Position numbers and translations under genes: made by a program. A stretch of 63,571 nucleotides of DNA, filler included, from Octopus bimaculoides (taxonomy: Eukaryota), in the NCBI RefSeq assembly GCF_001194135.2. It is 5 parts of 5 records of this genome, joined end to end, with 100 filler letters (N's around TTAATTAATTAA, not from the genome) between each part and the next. Parts side by side here need not be neighbours in the genome. Positions count along the whole stretch, not along the records: positions 1 to 27,254 come from NC_068986.1; positions 27,355 to 45,691 come from NC_068988.1; 3 more parts are not named here. One strand, 5' to 3'. Positions 23,830 to 35,999 of the stretch are shown here, piece by piece. The notes beneath the pieces are model-generated. The model did no database searches. It was given only the letters and a program-made list of their open reading frames with translations, and had not been told where the DNA came from. How positions within the stretch are numbered: the first letter of the stretch is position 1; the number at the start of each line of letters is the position of its first letter.

Positions 23830-24534
23830 TTTTACCAAGTATTATTATTAGACGGAGAGAAACTGTGTTAGCAGAAAGAACGAGTTTATTGCAATGACTG
23901 CTTTGTTGAATTCTGTTGCAAATGTGACCGAGGTCGAGTCGATGGAATATTCATTATTAAATAAGGATAGAAGTCATTATTAAAAACACACCTGGTAGGA
24001 ATGAATAAATGAATTGTACATCACTCAAATTATACGTTCCATTTTTTAGAAAAGCCCTGCCAGCATTGTATACCTAACAGAAACACATGCATGAAGAAAG
24101 AGCAGTACAAGGTGAGACTTAAAACGTTGAAATGATTAAGGTCTGGACAAGGGAGGAAAACTTTCAACAAGAAAAAGGGGGTTCAAGAGATATGATAACA
24201 GCTATCCAGGAATAATATATACATACGGAAGAATTGAGGGACTCATATATTTCACAGTTTTAATCACCTGTATGAGCTATCTAAGCATTGCAAAATAGTT
24301 GACGGCCATATAATTGTTGTAAAAATATCGAAATAGCATTGAAATCTAGAAGAGCCAAACAATGAAGATACGCATCCGTTTCATGAAAAATAATTCAAAA
24401 ACTGTAAAATTCCTGATAGATCCAAAGGTCAATAAAATTACTGAAACATACCGTTTAGTTCTAAGAACATGAATATTTGTATCGTCTTCTATTTGGTTAC
24501 TGTTAGTCCGTACGTCCATTTCTGTTTTGTTCAT
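23830..24534 (-). pseudogene. GPCR pseudogene (copy 3, closest to copy 2)
   Basis: Starts MNKTEMDVRTNSNQIEDDTNIHV (copy 2: MNKTEVNTSTNSNQTENYTNIHF). A 19-nt deletion after ATGCGT shifts the frame. Nucleotide homology continues to the end of TM6, then SINE sequence begins. Confidence 0.88.
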
Positions 24535-25329
24535 ATTTTCTTCTACATCATCCACTGGACAGACGCTGTTGACAACAAAAATTGCTAAATGAATCTATTT
24601 TTTATTATATACTCTAAAAGACACCTTAAAATGCCACGCCTTGTTTACATATTTGCATAATACATCAAGCGTTATCATATATATATATGTCTTTCTATGT
24701 TATGTAGGTAAAAAGAAAGATATGCCTGTATGTATATACATGGCTATACGTGTATACAGGCATAGTTACAATGTGGCTTGCGTAGTTTCTACTGGCTGAG
24801 TATATAATGCTGTAGTTACTATAAACTTCTTAATGTTAATGAGATCGACAACGAGAACAATGACGATGATGATCTAGGTGAAGATTCTGACGATGATGAC
24901 ATGACAATGATGATCGTGATATGAATTGGAAGTGAAGTGAAGATCACCACTATAATTACGATTATGTTGTGAAGGTGATTATCTACGCTGGTTGATGGTG
25001 ATGCTGTAACTTTTATAATAGCATTTATATCGATTTGGCATGAAAAGCATAAATGAATCGATATCATGTTTTATTATAAAACTTACTAGACTACTTCCTG
25101 TCAAAGGTTTGATCACTGTTAAGTAACTGGAGCATTTCCGGTGTGGCCTTACTTAAAACTCTTCTGTAAGTTTTAACAAAATCAGTTACTTGCCTAAAGT
25201 ACATACCAGACCGTCATTTAATGAAATCATCATCATCAGATATAATTACTGCTTAATATGGCTTCTGAAAGAGTCAGTTAGTTTATCTTGTTTCTATTTG
25301 CGCATAATTTTTAATCATAGCAGACATCA

Positions 25330-25620
25330 ATAACTCCTTAGCATTGTAGGCATGCTTAATGGTTTCGCTCTCACCGATACCCTACACTGAGTAGTCCTGG
25401 TGGCTAAAATTAGAAGATTTTGGACGGCAAAGTTAATGGTAGCAAGATGGGGAACATATTTGGCCATCCGCTCCAGGTTCGTATAGGTTATGTGTGAATG
25501 AGCAGAATCATACTAGAGTACGTATGGCCTTCCACAATGTTTCTAATTTAAGCTGCGCCTCCATTGTTTCCATGTAAGCCATTTAATCGATACAAATGCA
25601 TTAGGGGAAGACGTGCGGTG
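25330..25620 (-). mobile_element. Very decayed pogo/Tigger-type DDE_1 transposase fragment
   Basis: Broken frames give ..YDSAHSHI..., LPSK..(Q)P.D and P.KHAYNA, matching the order LDxxxSH / LPP..LQPLD / PLKxxY. Confidence 0.4.
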
Positions 25621-26807
25621 GCATGGTATGAAATTCATTGCTCATGCGCTTCAAATCATGACAAAATATGGGAACTTGTTCATAATATTTCAGTGGGACT
25701 TGTGTAGAGACATCTGTCCTTTACCCCTGTTCAGTTTTTGAACATGGACAACTTTCTCGTCTGAGAAACAGAGCCTATCTAGTTCCTCGGTGTACTTCAG
25801 CTTGTTCAGTGTGTGCAGAGCTCCTGGTGTCTATTAAGTTAACATGTTACAAGAAAAACACATGTTATTTTCCAAGGGTTTAACATTATTATTTACATTT
25901 ACTTGAACTTGCTCCGGTAGTCTGCTTTCTAGCGGACTTTACGGATCCTGAATTTTATATCCAGTAAGACGGGACTTGTTCACAATCCTATAGTAACGAA
26001 ATATCTTATTTTGCAGACATTTTACCAATCAGGTGGATTAAATGAAGAGGTCCCTTTGAATAATTTTCACACTTGAACAAACCTAACAACGAAAGACATT
26101 TCTTATGGTGATATTTAAAAGCTAATTACCGAACTTCATCTTTCTTTATGTTCGCGATTCCTCTTTTCGCCTCATCTGCAATGTCCGGACGAGAACGCTC
26201 ACCAATTTGAAAGTAAGCATTCTGAATGTACTACATTCTTATTGAAGTTTTTGTTTTTAACCTTTTGAATTTTATTACAATATACAATATGACTTAGTTG
26301 TCCTTAACTTCGTTGCGCTTTCGACACTATTTATGTCGAAAATTAAGTGATTACTGCAGTACTAAATGTATTATGTAATACATCACTTTAATTTAAATCT
26401 GTTTTTATCATGAAAATAAAGACAACTAAACACCCAATGCTATAATGAAGTATTGACGCGGGTCGTATACACAGCAAAGATCTGATATATGCCAGAGGAA
26501 CCCTCACCTGCTACCTCTACAATTCCCCTTCAAGGGGCATATAAACCGGTGGAGGGGCAATAGGTTTAGCCATACACCAGATGATATTAAAATAGACAGC
26601 AATGGCAGTATGTTAAAGTACCCACATTCTGCAACCGAGGCCTTAAATGATATAGACACTAACGAACACATTGCGACACCATTCCTTGGGTGAAGGACAC
26701 GCCAAACATCATCAAACACAGTCGACTAGAGCACTCGCCAGTTTGAAAGTAAGTATTCTATTAGAAATGTATTGGTCCTCCAATTTCTATTTCTAATATG
26801 AAAATGA

Positions 26808-26843
<36 letters not shown>

Positions 26844-27204
26844 AATAAAGAAAGAAAGAAAGAAAGAAAGAAAGAACGAAAGAACGAAAGAAAGAAAGAA
26901 CGAAAGAACGAAAGGAAAAACAGAAAGAAAGAAAATACTGCATTCGAATGAACGTTATGACTAAGCTGCATGAAATTGACTTAACTATCAGTACTGTTGA
27001 CATTACAGAATAATACATTTGTATTCTACTAAATTTATTGAGGAGTACTTCAAGATAATTTAAAACTGCTTCTACTAATAAAATAAAACGAAACATCCGC
27101 ACACACACAGGCACAGGCACACACACGTACACACATACACACATAATTCGATGTTGAAAATATCCCTAAGTGCATATATATTTATAGGTTTATATTTATA
27201 GGTT

Positions 27205-27238
<34 letters not shown>

Positions 27239-27354
27239 TATGTATATATATATANNNNNNNNNNNNNNNNNNNNNNNNNNNNNNNNNNNNNNNNNNNNTT
27301 AATTAATTAANNNNNNNNNNNNNNNNNNNNNNNNNNNNNNNNNNNNNNNNNNNN

Positions 27355-27426
<72 letters not shown>

Positions 27427-27874
27427 GTAATACATATATCAGTGAAAAACACACGCGACATAAATTTGAGATTATCCCTTTTATTGAAATCTCAAATTTC
27501 ATTCAGTCGGTAAACGAAGTCTTCTGATCCTTGAAGGTTCAATGAGGCTATTATACAGAATTGAAATTATTAGCAAAGACAGTAATCGTATTATCAGTCG
27601 TAATGTCGTGTTATAGTTCTTAATTAAGTGTTGCATGTCAGCAATAATTACTGTTTTAATTAGGTTTCTCTGTAGAGGTGTGCTAAAAAGTTCAAAGGTA
27701 ACTAATACCCAGTTACAAGTGGGATTTTGTCTCCTTTGTAGACGGAAGAAACAAGAGATATTTCAAGCAAAATATAATTATTCTTATGTTAGTGTGCATA
27801 GATACATCCATCCGTAGATATTATGTTTGCGTGTTCGGATTGATGAATGGAAAAAAAGATGGATACGTATGTAT

Positions 27875-28577
27875 CAGGTACGTGCCGTCAGTAATTACTC
27901 AGGGTAGGCAGTTGGTGACATTTATGTAGAAATACAAAAAAATAAGCGAGACACAGACGCGCGACTGAGTTGAAGGCAGATTTATTTTTGCCTTTATAGC
28001 AAGTAAAAAAAATGGTGCTGTTGGAGTGTACGCAGTACATGTACTACAGCAGTACTATGCGTAGCTTAAATACTGAGATTGAAAAGCAGGAGCGAATTAT
28101 GCCTACCTAAATACAAAATAAAAGAGGAAAAAAGAAGGAAAAACTTAGAAGCAGCACTACAGATGTACCAACACACACGATATTGAGACATAGCCGACCT
28201 CATGCACTTCTCATGAGGAATTCCGGAAGGAGCTTCGTGAGACCACTATTGAGACGCCTCTGAATAAAGAAAAGCCGTTGGAAAACAGATTATAGCAGAG
28301 ACTCCATCTAAGAATATCTGAAGAAGGAATTGTATTCCGAAATATCATCGGAATATAGTCCATTTTTTGTATTATAGTGCATTGTTGTACTATCCAAAAC
28401 TTTTTATTCTTTACAAAAAAATAAAATATTTTGCATTTTATGCATAGTAATCAGAGTAACTTTCATAGTTTTATTGAATTTGGTACATATTTAGCCATAA
28501 AAGGAAGATATTACTATCAATCTATTTTATTCAGGGTAGGCACTGCCTACCTTGCCTACCTAGGCGGCATGTCCATG
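27875..28577. mobile_element. hAT-type MITE with imperfect TIRs
   Basis: Left end CAGGTACGTGCCG...CAGGGTAGGCAGT; right end (reverse complement) CATGGACATGCCG...CAAGGTAGGCAGT. GTATGTAT (8 bp) flanks both sides, but within a microsatellite context. Confidence 0.5.
28318..28348 (+). ncRNA. Hammerhead core motif with almost no stem I (probably inactive)
   Basis: CTGAAGA-A-GGAAT(tgt)ATTCC-GAAA-TA-TC with palindromic ATAT in stem III. Only 2 bp of stem I are possible. Confidence 0.5.
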
Positions 28578-28850
28578 GTATGTATGTATGTATGTATGTA
28601 TGTATGTATGTATGTATGTATGTATGTATGTATGTATGTTTGTTTTACGTAAATACGTATGTATGTATGTACGTAAATACGTATATATGTATTACGTAAA
28701 TACGTATGAATACGCACACACATACACACAAACGTACACATATTTGTCCGTCTGTTCGTCTGCCCTTCAGTCGTCCGACCATCAATCCATGTTTAATACT
28801 CAAATGGCGCTGCGTTCTAATTTAAGTGTTTTTACACCATTTATCTACAG

Positions 28851-28928
28851 CGAGAAATTTTCTCCATGGCAAAACACGGTGAATGGCTTGTTTACGAGTT
28901 CGAACTTCCCACTGATATATTTGAACTG
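28851..28928 (+). CDS. Candidate upstream exon of the DTHD1-like gene (REIFSMAKHGEWLVYEFELPTDIFEL)
   Basis: Pyrimidine-rich acceptor ...tatctacag, donor gtaata, phase 0/0. Only 39 nt from the next exon, so the boundaries are doubtful. Confidence 0.35.
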
Positions 28929-28967
28929 GTAATAACATTACATTAATATATATCTTTTATATGACAG

Positions 28968-29150
28968 GACATAAAATTTGCTCAAACTTTGCTGAAGGCT
29001 CCTGCCCAGTATGCTGTTGTAACTAGATTGAAACGAGACTATATCACTTTCACTACAATGCCAGCAAAAGTTGTGTCGTCCTATGACCAAAGGATTTCAT
29101 TCTCTACAGAAAGAAACTCTTTTTCACAGAATGAACACTTGCTTCTTTCG
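28968..29150 (+). CDS. DTHD1: DTHD1-like exon, ZU5 region (DIKFAQ...AVVTRLKRD...SSYDQRISF...EHLLLS)
   Basis: AG/GTAAGA boundaries, 61 codons, phase 0/0. Aligns by eye to recalled DTHD1 FSVVSCLKKES...SSMDSRISL. Confidence 0.8.
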
Positions 29151-29533
29151 GTAAGAACGTTTTAACAGTATCCATTACTTATAATGTTTATATTGCAGTC
29201 AGTTCTGCTGATGCGTTCATTCCATAGTTACGCCAATCCTTTTCTATGGAGGCTCTGAAAAACGACATAGTTTCGGCTCTTGGTTTTTTCTTAACCAATT
29301 AAAATAAAACTGACTATTTATTTACTCCGGTAATAGAATGTACGCTACCATATNNNNNNNNNNNNNNNNNNNNNNNNNNNNNNNNNNNNNNNNNNNNNNN
29401 NNNNNNNNNNNNNNNNNNNNNNNNNNNNNNNNNNNNNNNNNNNNNNNNNNNNNNNNNNNNNNNNNNNNNNNNNNNNNNNNNNNNNNNNNNNNNNNNNNNN
29501 NNNNNNNNNNNNNNNNNNNNNNNNNNNNNNNNN

Positions 29534-29564
<31 letters not shown>

Positions 29565-29565
29565 G

Positions 29566-29597
<32 letters not shown>

Positions 29598-29642
29598 TAT
29601 ATGTAATTTCACTGGGACCCTCGTCGTTGAAACAGACGGAGT

Positions 29643-29689
<47 letters not shown>

Positions 29690-29724
29690 ATATATATATA
29701 TACATATATATATATACATATAGG

Positions 29725-29905
29725 GGGAGAATTCACAAAAAGACGAAGACAGGCGGTGTAGACGACAAATAGATGTACTAGTTTAACGCTCGGGAAGTGA
29801 AAAAATCTTTAACGTTTCGAACCTACTTTCTTCCACGGAAAGGAACGCAGAAAGAAACAAGGAGAGAAAAAAAAATGTGTAGTGGCTAGCGATCTATCAT
29901 GGCGA
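29725..29905 (-). mobile_element. Penelope-like short repeat with a degenerate hammerhead-like motif (29807-29842)
   Basis: Minus strand CTTT-CCGTGGA-A-GAA(agtagg)TTC-GAAA-CG-TT-AAAG. Same family as ~62320-62445. Confidence 0.55.
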
Positions 29906-30103
29906 AAGCCGGACAGAGGGGTCATCCGCATTAATCGTTTATTTTTCTACCTGTTTTTTTTTTTTACGTATAATCCTTTGTCGTTCTCCTGTTTCCACAT
30001 TTTTGTCATTGTTTGTATTTTTTTTTTTAATTCTCAATGACTCAGTTTTCAATTATACAACAGCTCAAATAAAAGGTTTGAGAATCATTTTCCTTCTACT
30101 CAG

Positions 30104-30232
30104 GCCCAGCCAGTGGACAGCGCTTCGCTTGCAGAACTTCGTTCACACAAGAACTCATTCAAAGGGTTGCTATCTTGCAGTCCAATTATATTAACAGAAT
30201 GGGAAAGTACTGAGTTTCAGAAACCTATTTTG
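30104..30232 (+). CDS. DTHD1: DTHD1-like exon (AQPVDSASLAELRSHKNSFKGLLSCSPIILTEWESTEFQKPIL)
   Basis: ttccttctactcag acceptor, gtaagt donor, 43 codons. Matches recalled DTHD1 xQPVDPALVAHLK...STSPLI...FQKPV. Confidence 0.85.
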
Positions 30233-31042
30233 GTAAGTCAATTTGTCTTTGTGTCTGTTTTGATTTCCATGTCCAATCATACGTGGTTATGTAAATGCAT
30301 AGACATAAAAACAATGCTTAAACAAATGAGAAAAAAAAGACAAACATCTGCAATAACATAAACGGAATCTTAATTCCAGCATAGACTCTGCTGTGAGCTT
30401 TTTACTTCCATAGACAGTTTTTTTTTGTATTGGTTATTGTACGTTTTGCATTCGTTTTTTTCTGCTGTTTCTTTTCTTTTCTTTATTGTTCATTTTCTTT
30501 ATTGTTCCTTTTCCATTACCTTTTTTCTTCACAACTCGATTGGAAAGAGGCTGATATAACATTTGGATCCGAGCCTACAAATACGATTCATTTTAGCGCG
30601 AAAAGAACAGAGTGAATTCGGTCCTTGGTGGAGTTCACTCTTAAGTCGTAGCTATTCTCACAGCCACATATTCAACCTGGCGCGATTGATGAAGAAGCAT
30701 ACCACGACAACACGGTAACAAGAATATGCATTGATGTGTGTAACCAGCATAAATGTGAAATTCTGGTGGAGATTCCCCGCTCCTGTGATATACGTCGTTT
30801 CATATAAAATTTGCTCTTCTTGTATTAATGTAGCAACAAATGGTGTCTATAAACTGATAACAAGCTTTTCTTCAAGACCACACTACAGATACATACATAT
30901 ACATTCCGTTCACACTTACATACATACACAGATACTACGAAGTCTACAACTACCACTACCACTACTACTATTGCCACCACCACCACCACCACCACTACTA
31001 CTAATACTACTATTTTCTTCTCTCATTGTCTCTTTATCCCAG

Positions 31043-31316
31043 GTTACGCTCCCTTGCCCACCAAATCCGGCCAAAGTGAAGCGCCTGGCAGCTATCAGGG
31101 CCCAACGTGAAGAACGAGCAAAGAACCCGAAAAGGGCCATGCTAGAAGATGCTGGGCGAGAAAAGAAAAAGAGACAAAAGGAGTCGAATGGTGGATCGAA
31201 TACAGGGAGGGTATCTAGACAGGAGGGGTCAACACCAGAGGAACATTCTCCAACGCACGTGCATGACAGGAGACCGAATCAACGCTGGTATATGGGGATT
31301 TACGCAAGCAACGATG
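31043..31316 (+). CDS. DTHD1: DTHD1-like exon (VTLPCPPNPAKVKR...); 3' end uncertain (31210 or 31316)
   Basis: tctttatcccag acceptor. Continues the ZU5 motif FQKPIL|VTLPCPP, followed by a charged stretch. Two weak donor candidates. Confidence 0.75.
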
Positions 31317-31324
31317 GTTTTCTA

Positions 31325-31383
31325 TCAATCCTACCTACCTATCTACTTATCTATGTCTGTCTGTCTGTCTATCCATCTATCTA

Positions 31384-31428
<45 letters not shown>

Positions 31429-31566
31429 GTCTGTCTGTTTGTTTGTCCTCTCTCTCTCTCTCTCTCTCTGTTTATCTATCTATCTACCTACTTACCTGTC
31501 TGTCTGTCCGTCTGTCTGTCCGTCTGTCTGTCTGTCCGTCTGTTTCTGTCTGTCTGTCTCTCTTTT

Positions 31567-31607
<41 letters not shown>

Positions 31608-31707
31608 GTCTGTCTGTCTTTCTGTCTGTCTGTCTGTCTGTCCTCTCTCTATTTATCTACCTACTTACCTGTCTGTCTATCTGTCCGTCTGTCTCTCTGT
31701 CTACCTA

Positions 31708-31754
<47 letters not shown>

Positions 31755-31833
31755 GTCCGTCTGTCTGTCTGTCTGTCTGTCTATTTATCTGTATGTTTCT
31801 CTGCCTATACATCTACTTTTCTCTATGTCTACT

Positions 31834-31884
<51 letters not shown>

Positions 31885-31885
31885 C
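31325..31885. repeat. Compound (TCTG/TCTA/TC)n microsatellite field
   Basis: Direct reading. Accounts for most of the 413-aa and 283-aa ORFs. Confidence 0.95.
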
Positions 31886-32389
31886 TTTGTTTCTCTTTCG
31901 ATACAGCTACGTGTGTGTGTGCGTGTATCTATATATATATATGTGTGTACATATATGTGTGTGTATGTGTGAATGTATGTATATATATAGCTATACGTAA
32001 ATGTGTGTGCATGCGTGTGTATGTATGTATGAGTGTAATCACCTTCTTTCAATCATGTACCAAAAACACGATTGTGATTATATTAGTGTTTAATCATTTT
32101 ACGTTTTACATCAAGGAATTTTTCGTACATTCTTTTCATGATCAAACTAAATGTAAAAGACGAATAACGAAGTATGAATTTTTATTACGAAACGTTTGTA
32201 TTAGGCAGCGAGGGAACGTGGGAATAATGTAACTTATGAAGAAATCATCATCGCCTGATTTAAAATGTGTGAAACTGTTAATTGTTTTTAGTTTATTATT
32301 AGGCTTCTGTGACTGTATATGAATATGCGTGTGTACTTAGAATTAGCAAAGCAACCGCTACTAATTTTCTAGTTTTCTTTTCAATTTTA

Positions 32390-32760
32390 TGTAGGTTGTT
32401 AGTATTATTATCTAACGTACTTTTTCTCTTACTATTTTGTTTTGTGTTCTTTAATGTTATGTAATGTGATAGTCCTTTAACTCTGGCGATGCTAATTTTA
32501 CAGCTTACAGTGTTCATTCTGCGTGTATGATTTAGTAAAGTCTATTTCAGCTTGAAGCTTGTGAGAGTTTGTGTTTCATTGACCAAATGAACTTGGAGAA
32601 GTTGCTGTCTGTCTTTTTGTTGACGTTTAGGAGTGTGTAGAATGATCTAAACTGGATTTTAGTGTATTTTCACTTATTATGTTGGTATTTTCTTGTCTGT
32701 AGAACTATTGTTAGTAAAAAAACATCGTTATGTCACACAACAAATTTTGCAAAGTAAAAT
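32390..32760 (-). mobile_element. Decayed Penelope-like GIY-YIG fragment
   Basis: Broken frames give TNNSSTDKKI, ENTLKSSLDH and KKTDSNFSKFIWSMKHK, resembling the ..T.LSKYIW.LK.. segment of PLE endonucleases. Confidence 0.5.
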
Positions 32761-33084
32761 TCATTTAGAGGGCATCTTGCAGGACTAGCGCAATTACATG
32801 TCAAGTAAATGGGTAAGTTGACAGATTTTTAGCGCTAGTAGTAGGTCTTTATTTCATCATCCGAGGACGACAAAAACGAAAGTTGATCTCAAGGAAATTT
32901 CGTACTTAGCTCTCAGAACACAAACACAACTGGACGTAAGAAAATATCGCACGGCATTTTGTTCTGACGCTTCAACGATTAAGTCAAACCACCACCCTAA
33001 CGTAACAAATTATTGATTTCTGACACAAAGACAGGTCCTCAAATTCGGAGAGTTCAGGGTACACATGAATATATGCATATACTT

Positions 33085-33235
33085 ATACGACGCGCTTCTT
33101 TCAGTTTCCGTCTACTAAATCCACTCACAAAGCTCGATGCTATAGTAGAAAACATTTGCCCAAGGTTCCACACAGTGGGACTGAACCCAGAATCTTGTGG
33201 TTGGGAAGCAAATATCTTACCACAAAGTCACGCCT
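33085..33235 (-). mobile_element. SINE (family C)
   Basis: Reverse complement matches 22110-22270. Confidence 0.75.
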
Positions 33236-35999
33236 GCGCCTACATGTATATATATATATATATATATANNNNNNNNNNNNNNNNNNNNNNNNNNNNNNNN
33301 NNNNNNNNNNNNNNNNNNNNNNNNNNNNNNNNNNNNNNNNNNNNNNNNNNNNNNNNNNNNNNNNNNNNGTGTGTAACACTGGGGACTTCAGAGGGGCTGG
33401 TGCAGAGCAATCTGTCATTCCTCCTATTCGCTTTTTGATACTGGACAAAATTCTAATCTGAGAAGAACCAAAGCATATAGGATTCTTCAGGATGTTTGAA
33501 TTTGTTCAGCAAGCGCTTCGACCTGATCACACGCTTCTCCCCGGTTTTATCGATCATTAACTGCCCTCTATTGATAACGTAAGAACTGAGCAAAAATAAA
33601 GTAAAATGGTGCAGTGGTGCAAAAATTCAATAAACAAAAACAGACAATAACAACTACAAAAACAAATTAAATTTTTATTTTTATTTTCCCAATGATGAGA
33701 AAACTAGAAACCTGCTTAGCAATAGTTTACAGTTCTTATACAAATGGCCTTTTAGCGGTAGCTAGATAGTTGAATGATCTCCCTTGCAAGAAAGATTATA
33801 GAGTAACCTCCCTTCGTAAGTTTCTCGATGCATCTGTGTCATGAGACGTGATTTTTAATTATTCAAGAAGCTTAGCGTTTTTCTTAGAAGTTTCTAGAAT
33901 GTCTAGCGTTCCATTAATAAAAACAGCTTGCTAACCCTGCTCTTTGCTTCTTAATCGATGAAACTTAGAGCCATTCACGTCATTGCTATGACCGTCTATT
34001 TCTCTACGCCACATGACTGAAAACCAGCACTTAGCTGTTATTCCTACATTTACTATCTCTGAACTTTCTTGCATAGGTTACTTCATTCAACTAGATTCTA
34101 CATCTTAATTATGTATCATCATCGACCAGTAAATAAAATATATGTAGTAAATATATAGTTCTTGAATTTATTCTTCATCTCTATATGAACTCTTGTAATA
34201 ATATACACGCAGCCACATCAACGCATGGTACTGAATATGTATCCCCACTACACCTTTGAACAACTTACATAGAACCTTTGATACCAAAAATCGTTCAGGG
34301 AAATTCGTTTAAGCACAGCAAATAATTGTCCAGTGATTATTTAGTTTTCTCCTTCCTAACCGACATATTTAAGCCAAAGGTTCAATATTGGTTAATTGAT
34401 GTTCAAAGACACATTCTGTGATGTTAGAGGAATGCAGATTATTGGTGAATTGACTTTATTTTTCGCATAATTGGGAAAAGAATTTGAATACTGTTACTGT
34501 TTAGTTTCTTTGTTGTTTTTTGTACTGTTGAATTTTGTACATCACGATTACACTTTATTAACTGCTCTGACTATAATAGCCATCTCCCTCCCCCCACTCT
34601 CCCTCCCCCACTCTCCCTCCCNNNNNNNNNNNNNNNNNNNNNNNNNNNNNNNNNNNNNNNNNNNNNNNNNNNNNNNNNNNNNNNNNNNNNNNNNNNNNNN
34701 NNNNNNNNNNNNNNNNNNNNNNNNNNNNNNNNNNNNNNNNNNNNNNNNNNNNNNNNNNNNNNNNNNNNNNNNNNNNNNNNNNNNNNNNNNNNNNNNNNNN
34801 NNNNNNNNNNNNNNNNNNNNNNNNNNNNNNNNNNNNNNNNNNNNNNNNNNNNNNNNNNNNNNNNNNNNNNNNNNNNNNNNNNNNNNNNNNNNNNNNNNNN
34901 NNNNNNNNNNNNNNNNNNNNNNNNNNNNNNNNNNNNNNNNNNNNNNNNNNNNNNNNNNNNNNNNNNNNNNNNNNNNNNNNNNNNNNNNNNNNNNNNNNNN
35001 NNNNNNNNNNNNNNNNNNNNNNNNNNNNNNNNNNNNNNNNNNNNNNNNNNNNNNNNNNNNNNNNNNNNNNNNNNNNNNNNNNNNNNNNNNNNNNNNNNNN
35101 NNNNNNNNNNCAATCCTGTGCTGGAATTTCGTTAGTGACTGGCACCTTCTTTAGCTGTCCATAGAGACACTACTATTTCTAAAGGCCTCAGTAAATCGAA
35201 TAGACTGATTTGCATATGTAATGCATTCTTGGCAATTCGTTTAGTGAAATAAGTTGTTGATGCATTAACAGTGATTTCCTCCAATCTCAAAGTGAACAAC
35301 AGAATATGTTTATACTTTTTAGATAATTCTGTGCGTAATACGCAGATGCAAATATCTTGTCTTTATATATATAGTATATAATAACTATGTCTCCCTTCAT
35401 GTGTCATCCCTACAGACGTTGGTATTCATGGATCTTCATGCCAAAGACTGTAGACTCCTGCTCTCTGGGACTTACTTTTGTACCACAGACCCTATTTGAC
35501 ATTTTAGTTGAGGACTGGTTCATGTGACACCAGAGCAGTGGATTTGTGAGATATGTCTAGCGGGCCAAGCCGGTACCCATATAAGCTTGTGTATTGTAAT
35601 AGAATATTTAGTCATACTGTAATGCGGTACTGAAAAACTACTCATAATTATGTGTTAAAACCAAAATAAACAATTTTTTAAAATACTATTATTTCGACAA
35701 CCCTTATGAAAATCGGTGATCTGGCAGAATAATTAGCATGCCACACAAACATGTTTTGTAGCATTCGTCAGTCTTTAGCTCCGAGTTCGAATTTCGCCAA
35801 TGTCAACTTCGTCTTTTATCCTTTCAAGGTCGATGAAGTAATACTTGGTATTATATGTACTGGGCTCAATGTAATCGACTTAACAAATCCCTCAAAATTT
35901 CCGGCCTTATTACCAATTCTGCTTTTTATGTTGAGTACTACTTCTTTTTATATTTGTATACATAGAAATATAAATGTATATAATCTTTTCTACTATAGG

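Noticed and set aside
30731-31972. 413-aa ORF
   Set aside because: Only 31043 to about 31316 is exon. The rest is intron and microsatellite that happens to lack stops.
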